NCBI GenBank assembly: GCA_963737155.1
Contig: CAVTRN010000001.1
Coordinates: 352,001 to 416,000, forward strand
DNA from: Nitrospirota bacterium
GTDB lineage: Bacteria > Nitrospirota > UBA9217
Direction of reading: 5' to 3'
DNA: 64,000 nt
How positions within the stretch are numbered: position 1 is the first letter of the stretch; every line of letters begins with the position of its first letter. The translations under genes and the position numbers were made by a program. This document shows, in pieces, positions 21,595 through 33,113 of this stretch. Under the pieces are notes generated by a model. That model was not told the origin of the DNA and searched no databases. It was given only the letters and a program-made list of their open reading frames with translations.

Positions 21595-24404
21595 GTCGGG
21601 GCTCCTGTCCAGTTCATTTTCTTCGCTGCTTTCCTAATCACGTCGTAATCACCATCCGTTGCTGTGGCAAACCCTGTATAGTCAGGGTCAATCAGCGCAA
21701 GGAGTTCGCCTTGCTCTCGGTTCGTCCGGCTCAGGGCAAGAAGCGCCTTTTTAAGCGCTGCCGCCGACGACCGGTCCATGGTCCGGGACACGCAAATATT
21801 GAACTCCGGAATCTCGATGGATGTCTTCAAGATCGACAGGCCGCGGTCGGTGAAGTCCTTTGCCGTTGATTCTCGGAGCCCACCTGCCTCATACTCTCCC
21901 GCTAGAACAGCCTTCGCCACATCGTCGTGATGCCCGAGGAAGGCGTACGTCTTTAAATCATCGAGACCGATACCTGCCTCGGAAAGCATTACGCAGGGAA
22001 AGAGGAAACTGGTGCTCGAAAGCCTGTCGCCGAAGGCGAATCGCTTGCCCCTGAGCTCATCAATCAGTGAAAATCGGCTGTCTGAACGAGCAACGATGAC
22101 GGAATGCATTGAAGGCAAGCCGTTCCGAAGCGCCTTAACGAGAAGCTCGACTCCACACCGCTGCTGGGCCTCGATATAGGTTGTGGGCGTCAGGAAGGCA
22201 AGGTCCGTTTTACCCTCTTCGAGATCCCTGATCGTCCCGGCAAAGTCGACGGCAATCGACAGTTCGACCCGCCTGCCGGTTGCCTTCCCGAGGTACTCAG
22301 CCAGCGGCGAGAAGCGGCGATACATCTCCGCCGGCGATTCCAGGGGAATCACGCCCATCCGCAGGGTACCGCCCGGGGTCACCCTGTGTCTCTTCCCGAC
22401 CGTCATCGTGGCGATTTCCCGGCCGAGCAATTCCGATTGTTCGCCGAGGGTCTTGATTGCGGCGATCATCCCCTCCATCCTCTTCATATTCTGGCGCGGG
22501 ATGTCCTGAATCCGTTCCACCGAACCGAGAATCTGCCTGATTGCTTGCTGTTGCTCCCGGGTCCCGACCGCAATACTGCCGGACCGAACGGTGACATTGT
22601 CTGCGGCGATGACAATCTGCTTGCCGCCCCGTCCCTGCTCTGTCATGGCGATCTTCACTCTTCGAGAAATGTCTCGCATTGCCTCGGCTGCGTGAAGAAT
22701 CATTTCGGTCCCTTTGATCTGCTCATGGGTCGCCTCGCTGATCTGAAGCGTCATCTGTTTCACGTTCGAGATAGCTTCCGTTACCTGCTTGATACCACGG
22801 GCTTGCTCGGTCATCGCCCGTTCAATCTTGGTGGCCATTTCCGCTGAACGGGTGGAACTCCCAAGTATCTTATCAAGGGCGGCATTGGCCTCGCGGGAGC
22901 GCTTGACCCCCTCATCCACGGCGTTAAGACTGTCGGACATTGCCGCCACGGCCTCCTTAGCCTCCTTCTGGACTGACGAGACCAGTTTCGAAATATCCTG
23001 CGCAGAACCCGCAGTGCGGTCGGCAAGGGCTTTGATTTCCTCGGCCACCACTGCGAACCCCCGCCCGTGCTCGCCAGCTTGGGCGGCGAGGATCGAAGCA
23101 TTGAGCGCCAGCAGGTTTGTCCGCTCCGTCACTTCGACGATCACGCCGAGGATTTTGCCTATTTCCTCGGATCGTTTGCCCAGACGCGTTATTAGGCCCG
23201 AGTAGCGCTCCACGGCGTCCTTGATCGTATTGATTGCATTCACGGTCTCCTCGATCGTGCGTACGCCCATGTCCTGCGCCTCCGCCGAAACCTGCTGCGA
23301 CAGTTTAGTCGATTCCATCGCAGCCCGCTCCACTTCGCGCACCGTCGCCTCGATTTCAATTGCAGAAGCCGAGGTTTCTTCGGAAGCGGATGAAAGGCTG
23401 TCGACATGCTCGGCCACCTCACGGATCGAAGCTGTCAACTGCGTTACCGACGACGTCACGTCCTCAACGGCGGATGTGAGTTCCACAGTGTGGAGTGCAA
23501 CCTCCTGGTTGGACGCATTCATCTCGAGAATGGCTGACGAAGTCTCCTCCGCGGAGGCCGTCAGGCTTTCCGCGCTCTGGGCAATGGCTTGGATGGACGA
23601 CGACATCTGGGTGACGGAAGCAGAGACATTCGAAACGGCTTTTGCTTCTACTTCAGCGCTCTTCCGGATTTCGCGGGAATCCGTCGCGATGACGGGGCTC
23701 AACTCATTGATGCGCGAAGCAAAGACGCCCGTCTCTATGATGAACTGTTCCAGGCGTTCGATGAGGTAGTTTACGCCTTCCGCGAGTTGGCCGATTTCGT
23801 CTCCGCGCACCACGGTCACCCGCCGCGTAAAATCCTTCTTGTCTATCACGTCCTTAAGGACGCTCGCGACCTGCTTGAGCGGAGAGGTGATCGTCCGCGT
23901 CACCGAAAGAAGCAGAAGTCCTGCCAAGAGAAGGAAAGTGAAGAGATGCTCGATGATCATACCGGCGGCATAGGATTTGAGCTTGCTGCCCAGGTCCACC
24001 GGATATACAGAGATTGTAATTTCTCCGAGCTTCGAATCGCCCGACATGATCGGCATCGGTCCGATCACGATTCGCTGTTCCTGCACGTCCGGCCTGGCGC
24101 TGTGCACGAACTGATGTTTCTCGTGGTCTACGATAATAATTTCCTGTCCGTCGGGAGTATGTATGAAATTCTGGACCATGTAGTGGAGACCGCTGTAATC
24201 GTCCGTTATCAGATAGGGCGCCGAGAGGTCCGCCATAAGCTTACAGGACTGTTCGCCGTAACTGCGGGCAACGTTCAGGATCTCACGCCTCTCCACGGAA
24301 TAGCGGTAGACGCCGATCGCGCTCATGATCACAAAGAGCCCTGTAAAGATCAGGATGATGAGTCTCTGTCTTACACCTATTCGCACCGCTGCCTCCCGAG
24401 ACAA
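21591..24404 (-). CDS. MCP with C-terminal phosphate/phosphonate-binding (PhnD-like) domain
   Basis: 2 TM, HAMP and MCP tip, then [55 protein letters not shown]. Confidence 0.88.
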   Translation of the reverse strand: MSREAAVRIGVRQRLIILIFTGLFVIMSAIGVYRYSVERREILNVARSYGEQSCKLMADLSAPYLITDDYSGLHYMVQNFIHTPDGQEIIIVDHEKHQFVHSARPDVQEQRIVIGPMPIMSGDSKLGEITISVYPVDLGSKLKSYAAGMIIEHLFTFLLLAGLLLLSVTRTITSPLKQVASVLKDVIDKKDFTRRVTVVRGDEIGQLAEGVNYLIERLEQFIIETGVFASRINELSPVIATDSREIRKSAEVEAKAVSNVSASVTQMSSSIQAIAQSAESLTASAEETSSAILEMNASNQEVALHTVELTSAVEDVTSSVTQLTASIREVAEHVDSLSSASEETSASAIEIEATVREVERAAMESTKLSQQVSAEAQDMGVRTIEETVNAINTIKDAVERYSGLITRLGKRSEEIGKILGVIVEVTERTNLLALNASILAAQAGEHGRGFAVVAEEIKALADRTAGSAQDISKLVSSVQKEAKEAVAAMSDSLNAVDEGVKRSREANAALDKILGSSTRSAEMATKIERAMTEQARGIKQVTEAISNVKQMTLQISEATHEQIKGTEMILHAAEAMRDISRRVKIAMTEQGRGGKQIVIAADNVTVRSGSIAVGTREQQQAIRQILGSVERIQDIPRQNMKRMEGMIAAIKTLGEQSELLGREIATMTVGKRHRVTPGGTLRMGVIPLESPAEMYRRFSPLAEYLGKATGRRVELSIAVDFAGTIRDLEEGKTDLAFLTPTTYIEAQQRCGVELLVKALRNGLPSMHSVIVARSDSRFSLIDELRGKRFAFGDRLSSTSFLFPCVMLSEAGIGLDDLKTYAFLGHHDDVAKAVLAGEYEAGGLRESTAKDFTDRGLSILKTSIEIPEFNICVSRTMDRSSAAALKKALLALSRTNREQGELLALIDPDYTGFATATDGDYDVIRKAAKKMNWTGAPT

Positions 24405-24478
24405 GAGAATATTGGATTCCGGGCCAAAGCTTTTTCTTCAGGCCCGGATCTGAGCCTCTGTGTTCCAACTCCCGATTT

Positions 24479-26569
24479 CTAAAACTTGAAGCCCTGCAAC
24501 TCCGCGCGAAGCGCATCCGCTTTTGCCTTCAGCGTATCCACGGCCATGTTCATCTCAACGGATACGTCGACTGTATCCTGAGTGGTTTTCTGAATGCGGG
24601 CGATGGCCTCGCTGATCTGCTGCGCACCGAGATTCTGTTCCGAGGTGGAACGCGATACCTGTGCCGCCTGCAAGGTGACGGACTCAACAGCATTGGCGAT
24701 TTGCCTGCTGCCCGTGGTCTGCTCCTGTGTTGCCGTTTTCACCTGCCGCGTGATTTCGCGCATTTGTTCGGCAGCCAGCACGATTCGATCGCTTCCCCGT
24801 TGCTGCTCCTTCAGCGCAGTGGCAATCTGTTCCACTTGATCGGCGATATAGACTGACGTCTCGGTGATCTGCGAAACGCCCTTGGCCTGCTCCGCCGTCG
24901 TTTTCTCGATAGCCCGAGCCGTCTCCGCGGCCTGCAGGGAGCTGTCTGCAACCTGCTGAAGCACTTCACTAGTCACATTCACCAGGGAGACTCCGGCATC
25001 CACGGCCTTAAGCCCCTTCCCCATGGCCTGAACACTTTCCGTGGTCTCCCCATGCACCGATGCGATGAGATCGGCGATTTCCTGGGTCGAAGCCGCAGTA
25101 CGTTCCGCAAGGTCTTTGATTTCCTCAGCCACAATGGCAAATCCCTTGCCATGCTCCCCGGCTTGCGCCGCAAGAATGGCCGCATTGAGGGCAAGCAGGC
25201 TAGTCTGGTCCGTGACTTCATCAATGACTTTCAGTATTTGATCGATTTCCTGCGACCGCTTGCCGAGGTGGTTCACGGCGGCGGCCGTGGCTTCAACGGC
25301 GGTCTTGATGTTTTGCATGCCCCGGATGGCCTCATTGGCGGCGGTCATGCCGCGCTCCGATGCTTCGCGGGACACCTTTTCCGCCAGTCGGGCCGATTCG
25401 ATGGCGCGCTGCTCGACTTCCTTGACCGAAGCACTCATCTCAGTAATGGAGGAGGAAGTTTGCTCCACCGATGCGGAGAGCGCGTCGGTATTCGCCGATA
25501 CCTGCTTGATCGATGCAATCATCTGTTCAATTGACGAGGCAGTGTCTTCTACGGACGAAGACAGCGTTCCGGCATTCTTGGCGACCTCCTCGACTGACGA
25601 TGCCATTTGCGATGCGGACGATGACGCATCCGTTGCGGCGCGAGACATGTCCCGCGCGTTCTCATCGACACCCCTGATCGATGCTGCCATTTCATTGACA
25701 ACCATTGCAGTCTGCTCCGTGGCTTCTTGCTGTTCTTTCGCGCCCTGGCTCATTTTGGATGCGGCCCCGCTCATGAGCGTCATTGCATCAGACAATCCGC
25801 TTCCGGAGGCGCTGATCTTACGTAACGTCTCGCGAAGATTGGCCGACATGGTATTGATTGCGCCCCCCAGCTCGGCGATCTCGTTCTGCCCTGGTACCGG
25901 GACTTCCCGGGACAGATCCCCCGTGGCTATCAGACCCGCGGATTGCGAAATCTCAGTGATAGGCCTGATGATAGCGCGGTCCATGAAAACAGAGATAAGG
26001 CCTATGGCGACCAGAAAACTGCAAAGACCAACGAGAAGAGACCACAGGAGAAGACCCCTCACCTGCCGGTTCATTATTTCTTCCCGGAGCGCGATCCGGA
26101 ACACCCCAATTTTCTCACCCCCGGCGTTCATCAGCGGGACGTCCATTTCATAATGTCCGCCCGAGTTGTCGTGATAGGACTGGAACGGGGGTGCCTCCGC
26201 CAATGCATGCTTGGTCGCTTCATCGCTCAGCAGGGTGTTTTCTCGGGCCCGATCTCCGGCGTATAGTACCCTCCCCTGCATATCCATGATCATCGCGCCG
26301 GAAAGCTCCTTGTCCGCCTCCATCATACCGTGCAGACGATCTTCCATGCCCTCGAGCGAGTTCAGGGACTGGCCCGATCCCAATGCCCTGCTGATCTCCT
26401 GCTGGATTCCATCGGCAAACGCCGTTGTCCGGGCAAGAAGCGATTCTTTGTACCGATTCGTGGCCGCGTATGTGTTGACGAGGGTATTCACCAGCAGCAC
26501 CAGCAGGAGAATGCCTCCGATAACGAGGACAGACTGCGTCTTCAGTTTTTTCGCCAATAGTAACATCAT
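24479..26569 (-). CDS. Methyl-accepting chemotaxis protein (long signalling domain)
   Basis: 2 TM, HAMP (NEIAEL), [27 protein letters not shown]. Confidence 0.95.
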   Translation of the reverse strand: MMLLLAKKLKTQSVLVIGGILLLVLLVNTLVNTYAATNRYKESLLARTTAFADGIQQEISRALGSGQSLNSLEGMEDRLHGMMEADKELSGAMIMDMQGRVLYAGDRARENTLLSDEATKHALAEAPPFQSYHDNSGGHYEMDVPLMNAGGEKIGVFRIALREEIMNRQVRGLLLWSLLVGLCSFLVAIGLISVFMDRAIIRPITEISQSAGLIATGDLSREVPVPGQNEIAELGGAINTMSANLRETLRKISASGSGLSDAMTLMSGAASKMSQGAKEQQEATEQTAMVVNEMAASIRGVDENARDMSRAATDASSSASQMASSVEEVAKNAGTLSSSVEDTASSIEQMIASIKQVSANTDALSASVEQTSSSITEMSASVKEVEQRAIESARLAEKVSREASERGMTAANEAIRGMQNIKTAVEATAAAVNHLGKRSQEIDQILKVIDEVTDQTSLLALNAAILAAQAGEHGKGFAIVAEEIKDLAERTAASTQEIADLIASVHGETTESVQAMGKGLKAVDAGVSLVNVTSEVLQQVADSSLQAAETARAIEKTTAEQAKGVSQITETSVYIADQVEQIATALKEQQRGSDRIVLAAEQMREITRQVKTATQEQTTGSRQIANAVESVTLQAAQVSRSTSEQNLGAQQISEAIARIQKTTQDTVDVSVEMNMAVDTLKAKADALRAELQGFKF

Positions 26570-26892
26570 CTTATCAACCTCGTCGAAGTGGAAACCACGT
26601 CAGGGGGAAACATGATTTCCATAGTCTCGGCCTCTTTGAGATCCAGAACCAGCCGCATAAGCTTCAGCACTTCAAGGGGAATCTTGACGGGGTTTTCTCC
26701 CCGGAGTAGCCGCGCCTTCATTCTTGCCACCGCTTCAACCTCTCCGCTAAACTCGGCAGCAAGATTCAGGATAACCCTTCTTCCTCCGTTCCGCCGATCA
26801 GAACTGATCGAGGAATTTTTGCGATATGCATATAACGTGCAGAGTTGCCAAGTTCCATCGGGCAGCACCGCTGAAGGGAAGAGTGCTGCCAC
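26566..26892 (-). CDS. Hypothetical or degenerate ORF between cheW and the MCPs
   Basis: Fills the operon gap and its stop overlaps the MCP start; no recognisable motif; in frame with the upstream cheW. Confidence 0.3.
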   Translation of the reverse strand: MAALFPSAVLPDGTWQLCTLYAYRKNSSISSDRRNGGRRVILNLAAEFSGEVEAVARMKARLLRGENPVKIPLEVLKLMRLVLDLKEAETMEIMFPPDVVSTSTRLIR

Positions 26893-26958
26893 AACAGCGA
26901 TAAGACGGTTTTCGCCGTTTCTCTCATACTGCGGTGTCTCCTTATGTCCTGTGCAAAT

Positions 26959-27624
26959 TCATGCATCGTGGTGCCCCACGGCCTTCACCAAGTCCAGAAC
27001 AATGAACAATTTGTCGTCCTTGCGGACGATGCCACGAAGAAACTCTCCGCCATGCTCGATATTTTCCGGCGGCGGCTTGATTGCATCCTCCTTGATTCTG
27101 TGCACTCCAGACACCCGGTCAACAATGAGCCCTACATCCTCCTCATCGGAGCTGACGACGATGATCCTCGACTTTCCATCTCGAACGCCGGGAGTGATGC
27201 CGAGGCGTTTGCAAAGATCAATAATCGGGAGCATAGAGCCCCTGAGCGAGATCACACCAGGGATAAAATCGGGCGTGTTCGGCACCATCGTCAAATCCCG
27301 GCGCTTGAGCACCTCCCGAACGTTTTCCACCATGACAGCATATTCCTCGCCGCCGAGCCGGAAGGAGAGTATCTCGATCTCCTGTGCCGGCGCATCAACC
27401 AGCTCGTTGGCTCTTTCCGCAGGCATCGGGTCAGCCGCTTGCCGTCCGGATGAAAGGGCTTCTGCGGCATGCGGCGTTTGCACGACCGCAGTTACGGGCT
27501 GGCAGGCCTCACGATCCTGGGAAGTTTCACCAGTCATACTTTTTTGTGGCTCAACAGGCCGCTCCGGCTTCTGCTGAGAGCGCGCTTTTTCGGCCGCCTT
27601 TTTTCGAGCTGCAAGAATATCCAT
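26959..27624 (-). CDS. cheW: CheW with N-terminal low-complexity extension
   Basis: LSFRLGGEEYAV, VPNTPDFIPGVISLRGSMLPIIDL, GLIVD. Confidence 0.92.
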   Translation of the reverse strand: MDILAARKKAAEKARSQQKPERPVEPQKSMTGETSQDREACQPVTAVVQTPHAAEALSSGRQAADPMPAERANELVDAPAQEIEILSFRLGGEEYAVMVENVREVLKRRDLTMVPNTPDFIPGVISLRGSMLPIIDLCKRLGITPGVRDGKSRIIVVSSDEEDVGLIVDRVSGVHRIKEDAIKPPPENIEHGGEFLRGIVRKDDKLFIVLDLVKAVGHHDA

Positions 27625-27692
27625 TCCGACAATGCTCCTCTCTCGAACCTCTAAGAGCTCGTGTCAATCCGAAAACTTCTGCTTACCCTGTC

Positions 27693-28490
27693 CTATTCCC
27701 CGTCACGGACGACGCTCTCTATGATCTCGGGCCCGATGGATTGCGCTTCCCGTCCGAAGCCCTCGATAAGCGCGTTGCCGGCGATAATATTGATGCGGCG
27801 GGGAACCCCGCCGGAATATCGGTACAGAAGCTCGATCGCCCCCCCCTCGAAGAGAGGCGCTTCCCTTCCGGCGACCCTAAGCCGGTGCAGCACGTATGCT
27901 TCCGCCTCTTCGCGGTCAAGAGGGCCGAGATGATACTGCATGCTGATGCGCTGCCGCAAAGCCTTATACGGTTTGCGATCCAGGCGCGCCCGGAGTTCGG
28001 TTTGCCCGATTAGCGCGATTGCGAGGAGGTTCCGGTCATCAAGCTGAAAATTGGTAAGCAACCGCAGTTCCTCGAATGTAGCCTTGCTCGGAATGAGCTG
28101 TGCTTCGTCAATGATGATGATCGGCCGCCTGCCCGCTTCATAAATCTCATAGAGCTTCGCGTTGATCCCTTCAAGAAGCCCGTGCCGCTGCCGCTTCACG
28201 CTGTCTATACCCAGCCTCAGGGCAACCATGTGTAAAAGCTGCGATGGCGTAAGCCTCGGGTTTATAATCAATATAGGTTGAAAACTCCCATCCAGGCCAT
28301 CGATGAAGGCCCGGGAGAGCGTAGTCTTGCCTGCTCCTATCTCGCCGGTCAGAAGAACAATGTCTTGCTCCTCGACGGCATAATGGAGCCGCGCCAGCGC
28401 CTCAGCGTGCTTGCGGCTCTGGAAGAGAAACCGTGGGTCCGGTGTTTTATTGAACGGCTTTTCGGCAAATCCGTAAAAGTCTTCGTACAC
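27693..28490 (-). CDS. ExeA/GspA-family AAA ATPase
   Basis: MYEDFYGFAEKPFNKTPDP, GEIGAGKTT, IIIDEAQ, GGVPRRIN. Confidence 0.9.
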   Translation of the reverse strand: MYEDFYGFAEKPFNKTPDPRFLFQSRKHAEALARLHYAVEEQDIVLLTGEIGAGKTTLSRAFIDGLDGSFQPILIINPRLTPSQLLHMVALRLGIDSVKRQRHGLLEGINAKLYEIYEAGRRPIIIIDEAQLIPSKATFEELRLLTNFQLDDRNLLAIALIGQTELRARLDRKPYKALRQRISMQYHLGPLDREEAEAYVLHRLRVAGREAPLFEGGAIELLYRYSGGVPRRINIIAGNALIEGFGREAQSIGPEIIESVVRDGE

Positions 28491-28574
28491 GGCAAAATCA
28501 AAATACAGAAGACAGATGCAGGCTTCCTGCCTTGTCTGACAGCTGGCTTCCGTCTCCTTTCTCCCGCCCGCTGT

Positions 28575-30572
28575 TTACTGACTGGCAGCCGCGGTTTTTT
28601 TCAGCGTCCCGTCGACGAGCGATTCGACATCCAGAACGAGCACCACGCCCCGGAAATTGCCCAGTTCCGTAGCGCCGGCAATGCCGGGAATATCGGCCAG
28701 ACGCTTCCCCAGAGGTTTGATCACGATCTCCTGCTGGTCGCGAAGTCTGTCGACGATGATGCCGAGCCGCCTTTCAGCAAGTCCGACGAGAATAACATAA
28801 AAAGACTCGCATTCGCTTTGATCTGCGAGGTTGAAAACACGCGAGACGCGAATAAGGGGAATCGTCTCGTCTCGAACAGCCATGACTTCCCGTCCTTCGA
28901 CCGTCTCCACCTGTCCGATGGTTGCCTGCTGAATCTCAAGCACCGAGCTGAGGGGGATGGCAAAGATCCTGCCGCCCGACTCGACGACCAGCGCCTTGAT
29001 GATAGCCAGGGTGATGGGAAGCATAAGGGCGAACGTAGTTCCCTCTCCGATTTCCGATCGAATATCGATCATGCCGGACAATTTTAACACGTTTCGCTTT
29101 ACCACATCCATGCCCACTCCCCGTCCCGAAATTTCCGTGACCCGGTCACGAGTCGTGAAACCGGGAAGAAAGATGAAATCAAAAATCTCCCGGCTGTCAT
29201 GCTGGGGATCGAGGCCATGGTCCGGCGCCAGGATCCCCTTTTCCACGGCCTTGGCGGCAATCACGGCCGCATCCATGCCAGCCCCATCATCTTCGACAGT
29301 TATCTCGACATGGTTGCCTTTCGGAAATGCCGAAAGCCGCACCCTTCCCTGGTCCGGCTTGCCTAGCCGTCTCCGGACGTCCGGCGACTCGATGCCGTGG
29401 TCAATGGCGTTCCGGATCAGGTGCATAAGGGGATCGGCAAGATCCTCAATCATCAGTTTGTCCAGTTCCGTTTCGGCGCCGTGCACTTCAAGCTCGATCT
29501 CCTTTTGGGCCTCTTTGGCGTACTTGCCGACAAGCTGGGCAAGCCGCGTGAAAATCTGGCCAAGGGGAACCATCCTTACTTCAAGAATGCCTTCCTGGAG
29601 TTCGGTGAGTTTTCGCTCGAGACCCCGTTGGGCCCTATGAAGATCGATGGACAACCCGGTGAATCCCTGCATCATTCTGAGTTCTTTGGAAATCCGGCTG
29701 ATGACGTTTTTTATCATGTGCATCTCACCTACGACGTTCATCAGACCGTCGAGCTTGTGGATATCGACCCGGACCGTACGACTGACGGACCTTAGCATGC
29801 CGCTTTCCGTTTTGGGTCCTTCGTTTTTCCGGCTTTCAGCATAGGAAATCTTTTCGATGTTCACGTTCGGCATGGCGATCGTCGATGCCAGTCCCGCCTG
29901 GTCCTCCTCTGTCCCGAAGACAATGGAAAATCCGATGCCGGCTCCGCCTGCAGTCGGAAGCGTACAGATAATTTCACCGTGTTTTTTAAGTGTTGTGTTG
30001 AGGTCCTTAATTCCCGCTTCGAAATTCGACAAATCGAATTCCATCTTCAGCATATAAAGATTTCTCTTCTCACGGATGCATTCGCGGAGACGGTGTTCCT
30101 CATACTCGGTAAGCACCTGAAGAATGCCGCGGTCAAGGTTAATCAGATCTGTAATCGAGCAGCCGGCCGGGGAGGATGACGGTTTCTCCGTAAGAATGGC
30201 ATCAATGCAGCTCAGGGCCGACGAAATATTTTCGAGCGGCTGATTTTTTCCGGCCTCTTGAACCAGCCTGCCGAGTAAAGCCGCTGTATTAGTAAGCACG
30301 TCGGCCGTTTCGTGGTTCAGGACCCTCTTTCCGAGACGGAGTTCATCGAGAAAAAATTCAAGCTTGTGTGTAAGTTCCGTCAGTTCCTTGAACCCGAACA
30401 TGCCTGCGAGACCTTTGAAGGAATGGATCGCGCGGAAAAGGGCATTCACCTGATCGGGGTCACTCCGGCCCGTGGCCTCAGCGGACTCGAGCGCAAATAA
30501 AGACGCGTTTACTGCTTCGAGGATGTCTTCGGCTTCGGCAAGAAACTCTTTTATGGGCCGATCAGATTTCAC
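28575..30572 (-). CDS. cheA: Chemotaxis histidine kinase
   Basis: Hpt LFRAIHSFKG, HLIRNAIDHGIE, DDGAG, GRGVGMDVV, CheW domain; start probably GTG 30572 (ORF open to 30623). Confidence 0.96.
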   Translation of the reverse strand: MKSDRPIKEFLAEAEDILEAVNASLFALESAEATGRSDPDQVNALFRAIHSFKGLAGMFGFKELTELTHKLEFFLDELRLGKRVLNHETADVLTNTAALLGRLVQEAGKNQPLENISSALSCIDAILTEKPSSSPAGCSITDLINLDRGILQVLTEYEEHRLRECIREKRNLYMLKMEFDLSNFEAGIKDLNTTLKKHGEIICTLPTAGGAGIGFSIVFGTEEDQAGLASTIAMPNVNIEKISYAESRKNEGPKTESGMLRSVSRTVRVDIHKLDGLMNVVGEMHMIKNVISRISKELRMMQGFTGLSIDLHRAQRGLERKLTELQEGILEVRMVPLGQIFTRLAQLVGKYAKEAQKEIELEVHGAETELDKLMIEDLADPLMHLIRNAIDHGIESPDVRRRLGKPDQGRVRLSAFPKGNHVEITVEDDGAGMDAAVIAAKAVEKGILAPDHGLDPQHDSREIFDFIFLPGFTTRDRVTEISGRGVGMDVVKRNVLKLSGMIDIRSEIGEGTTFALMLPITLAIIKALVVESGGRIFAIPLSSVLEIQQATIGQVETVEGREVMAVRDETIPLIRVSRVFNLADQSECESFYVILVGLAERRLGIIVDRLRDQQEIVIKPLGKRLADIPGIAGATELGNFRGVVLVLDVESLVDGTLKKTAAASQ

Positions 30573-30692
30573 GTCAATCGCTTCGCTCCATAGGGGAATC
30601 GGGAATGTTGCATTTTCCGCCAACAGTCAGCTTTGCCGCTTATAGATGTCAATGCAGCGGTTTCGATTCTCAATGCGTGAATTGCGCGGAGT

Positions 30693-31064
30693 CTACTTCG
30701 CAGCCAGTACCTGCGAGACCACCGTTACCAACTCTTCCTTCTTGAACGGTTTGACGACATACCCGGCGGCGCCGAGCGCCATGCCGCGTTTTTTGTCTTC
30801 AGTGGACTTTTCGGTGCTCACGATGATGAGGGGGATGTCACGGTAGGTCGGATTCGACTTAACGTAGCCGATGAGCTCCAGGCCATTGATGTCCGGCATG
30901 TTGATATCGGTGATGATTAGATCGAACCGCTGAGTGGGCAGTGTCTTGAGCGCCTCAAAACCGTTGCTTGCCTCGATTGCGAAGAACCCACCGGCTTCCT
31001 CAAGAGCAACCCGGATCATGGAACGAATGGCTTTGGAGTCTTCAACCACAAGGACATTCTTCAT
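30693..31064 (-). CDS. cheY: CheY-like response regulator
   Basis: VVEDS, ITDINMPDING, VSTE, KPF. Confidence 0.9.
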   Translation of the reverse strand: MKNVLVVEDSKAIRSMIRVALEEAGGFFAIEASNGFEALKTLPTQRFDLIITDINMPDINGLELIGYVKSNPTYRDIPLIIVSTEKSTEDKKRGMALGAAGYVVKPFKKEELVTVVSQVLAAK

Positions 31065-32239
31065 TTTCTTCCCTTTTGAAGTTCGGCTAGACGCTTTTCA
31101 AGCAGTGCTTTCTCGAGGGCCATCCCCGCCTGGTTCATGAAGATCTCAAGCGCGTCGATTTCCTGGATGGGTTTTCGCTCGGGCAGATTGTCTCCATACA
31201 CGATCAGGGCGACCTTATCGTCCACAATGATCGGTATCGCGAGGACCATCTCAGGCATGGCTTCGCCGAGTTCGGCGGCAAAATGGGAATTGCATTCGTT
31301 CTGCTCAAGACGGCCGGTGTAACTGCGCCGGGTCTCAATGACGGAGAAAAATAAGGAAGGCTTGTTCAGGGGAATCTTGATTTTTCTGACGACCTCATCC
31401 GCAGAACGGTCTTTGAATTCGATGCCAAACTGGCCGAGACCGCGCACTTCATCCTTCTTGACCATGAACAGGACCGCGCGATTCACCACCTCGCTTGCAT
31501 ACCGGAGAATAAGAAGCGTCACTTCGGCCGTAGCGGTCGGAAAACGGAGTTCATCAAACATGGATTTAAGTGCACGGATCTCCCGCCGGGGCTCTTCGTT
31601 TTCGATGCGGGTGCGGAACTCCTCCTTGGTCGGTTTATAGCTGACGGAGTGAGGGGGGACTGCGGGTTTCGGCGCCAGCGTTGCCGCGGCAGGGCGAGAG
31701 ACGGCGGGAACCACGTGCGTTTTCCCATCCTTCCGTCTCTCATCGAGAATCCGCGTTCCCTCCATGAGAAGATACTCGGCGCTGATGCCGGAGTTGAGAA
31801 GGAACTCTTGGGTATCGATCTCGATCTTGTCCTTGGGCGCGATTTCGCCAAGTTCAAAATTAAAGAAGCCCTCTTCCAAAGCAAGCAAATCGTATATGAT
31901 CTCCTCGATCTGCTTGCGAACAACGGTTTCGAGCGTTTGCGCGGAGACTGCTCCCATTTCGACGAGGATCATGCCCAGCGGAGTGTCCGCCTTCCGTTTC
32001 TGAAGGGCCAGCGCTTTCGCCAGGGCTGTCTCATCGAGCATACCCTGCGAAACGAGGATATTACCGAGGGAGTCGCGGATGCCGTCGCTCGCAGCTTGGA
32101 TCACCTGACCGTTCTTGAAAACGACCATGCCCGTGCCCTTGCGGCTTCGCACGACCAGTGTGCCTGTTTTCTTGCTCAAGCTGATAATCTGCAAGATATC
32201 GGGTAAGGCGAGATCTTCCAGTCTGCCGACGAGGCTCAT
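31061..32239 (-). CDS. DUF4388 (PatA-N-like) + GAF-like domain protein
   Basis: MSLVGRLEDLALPDILQIISLSKKTGTL..G.F.F..LLMEG.RILDE (DUF4388); C-terminal GAF-like region. Confidence 0.8.
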   Translation of the reverse strand: MSLVGRLEDLALPDILQIISLSKKTGTLVVRSRKGTGMVVFKNGQVIQAASDGIRDSLGNILVSQGMLDETALAKALALQKRKADTPLGMILVEMGAVSAQTLETVVRKQIEEIIYDLLALEEGFFNFELGEIAPKDKIEIDTQEFLLNSGISAEYLLMEGTRILDERRKDGKTHVVPAVSRPAAATLAPKPAVPPHSVSYKPTKEEFRTRIENEEPRREIRALKSMFDELRFPTATAEVTLLILRYASEVVNRAVLFMVKKDEVRGLGQFGIEFKDRSADEVVRKIKIPLNKPSLFFSVIETRRSYTGRLEQNECNSHFAAELGEAMPEMVLAIPIIVDDKVALIVYGDNLPERKPIQEIDALEIFMNQAGMALEKALLEKRLAELQKGRK

Positions 32240-32505
32240 GCAATCTCCCGAATAAGCATAATCGCTGAAATTATATCAGTTTAGGTAAAAAATGTAAAAG
32301 ATTAATTCATCAGTTAGGCCGAGTATGGGAGGAGCGGGTCGCCGCAAATCGGGCGGTGGAGACGCCACACACCGCATCGGGGGGGCTATTCGCAAAGCCG
32401 GAAAATAAAGTGAGAGAAACCTGCCGCTAGTTGCGGAAACCGATGTTCCTGGTGTGTCGGCCCGGTCCCAACAATTCTCTCCGTGACCAGTTTAGGAGAG
32501 GGATA

Positions 32506-33003
32506 TTATGCATTCCGGTAGTTGTCAAACTGAAGTTCGATGCTGAATTCCCGTCCTTTTAAAAGCTGGATCACGGCCTGAAGGTCGTCTCTGCTTTTTC
32601 CCGACACACGGACCTGGTCTGCCTGAATGGATGCCTGAACCTTGATCTTGGAGTCTTTGATCGCTTTCACGATCTCCTTGGCCTTGTCGGTCGGGATCCC
32701 CTGTTGCAGCGTGAGGCGCTGCCGCACTGTTCCGGCAAGGGCTGTTTCCACTTTGCCGTAGGATACGTTTTTGATCGGCACACCGCGTTTTACCAGCTTG
32801 CTTTGGAGAATGTCGATAACACTCTTGAGCTTGAACTCGTCGTCGGACACGACTATGAGTGCGTCCTTCTCCTGAGTGATATTCGACTTGCTTCCCTTGA
32901 AGTCGAACCGCTGGCCGATCTCCTTCATGGATTGAGCGACCGCATTCGTTACCTCAGCCATATCGATTTTTGAAACGATATCAAACGAATTTTCCGCAGC
33001 CAT
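32506..33003 (-). CDS. yajQ: YajQ nucleotide-binding protein
   Basis: [31 protein letters not shown]; start 33003 with AGGAGG RBS. Confidence 0.95.
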   Translation of the reverse strand: MAAENSFDIVSKIDMAEVTNAVAQSMKEIGQRFDFKGSKSNITQEKDALIVVSDDEFKLKSVIDILQSKLVKRGVPIKNVSYGKVETALAGTVRQRLTLQQGIPTDKAKEIVKAIKDSKIKVQASIQADQVRVSGKSRDDLQAVIQLLKGREFSIELQFDNYRNA

Positions 33004-33113
33004 AGATACCTCCTGGATAATCGGCATACATGGGACAGCATATACAAACGGGGAGTCGAAAACACTTTCTCATGCTTCCTTCTATTCCGGTATTCCGACT
33101 CCTGTCCTCTGTT

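Noticed and set aside
26959-26961. Selenocysteine readthrough in cheW
   Set aside because: The TGA falls after a complete CheW domain, not in a redox motif, and I see no convincing SECIS.
32341-32405. c-di-GMP-I riboswitch (GCAAA..GCAAAGCC words)
   Set aside because: The words are on the strand opposite the che operon, and the GNRA tetraloop/receptor two-stem layout is not met.
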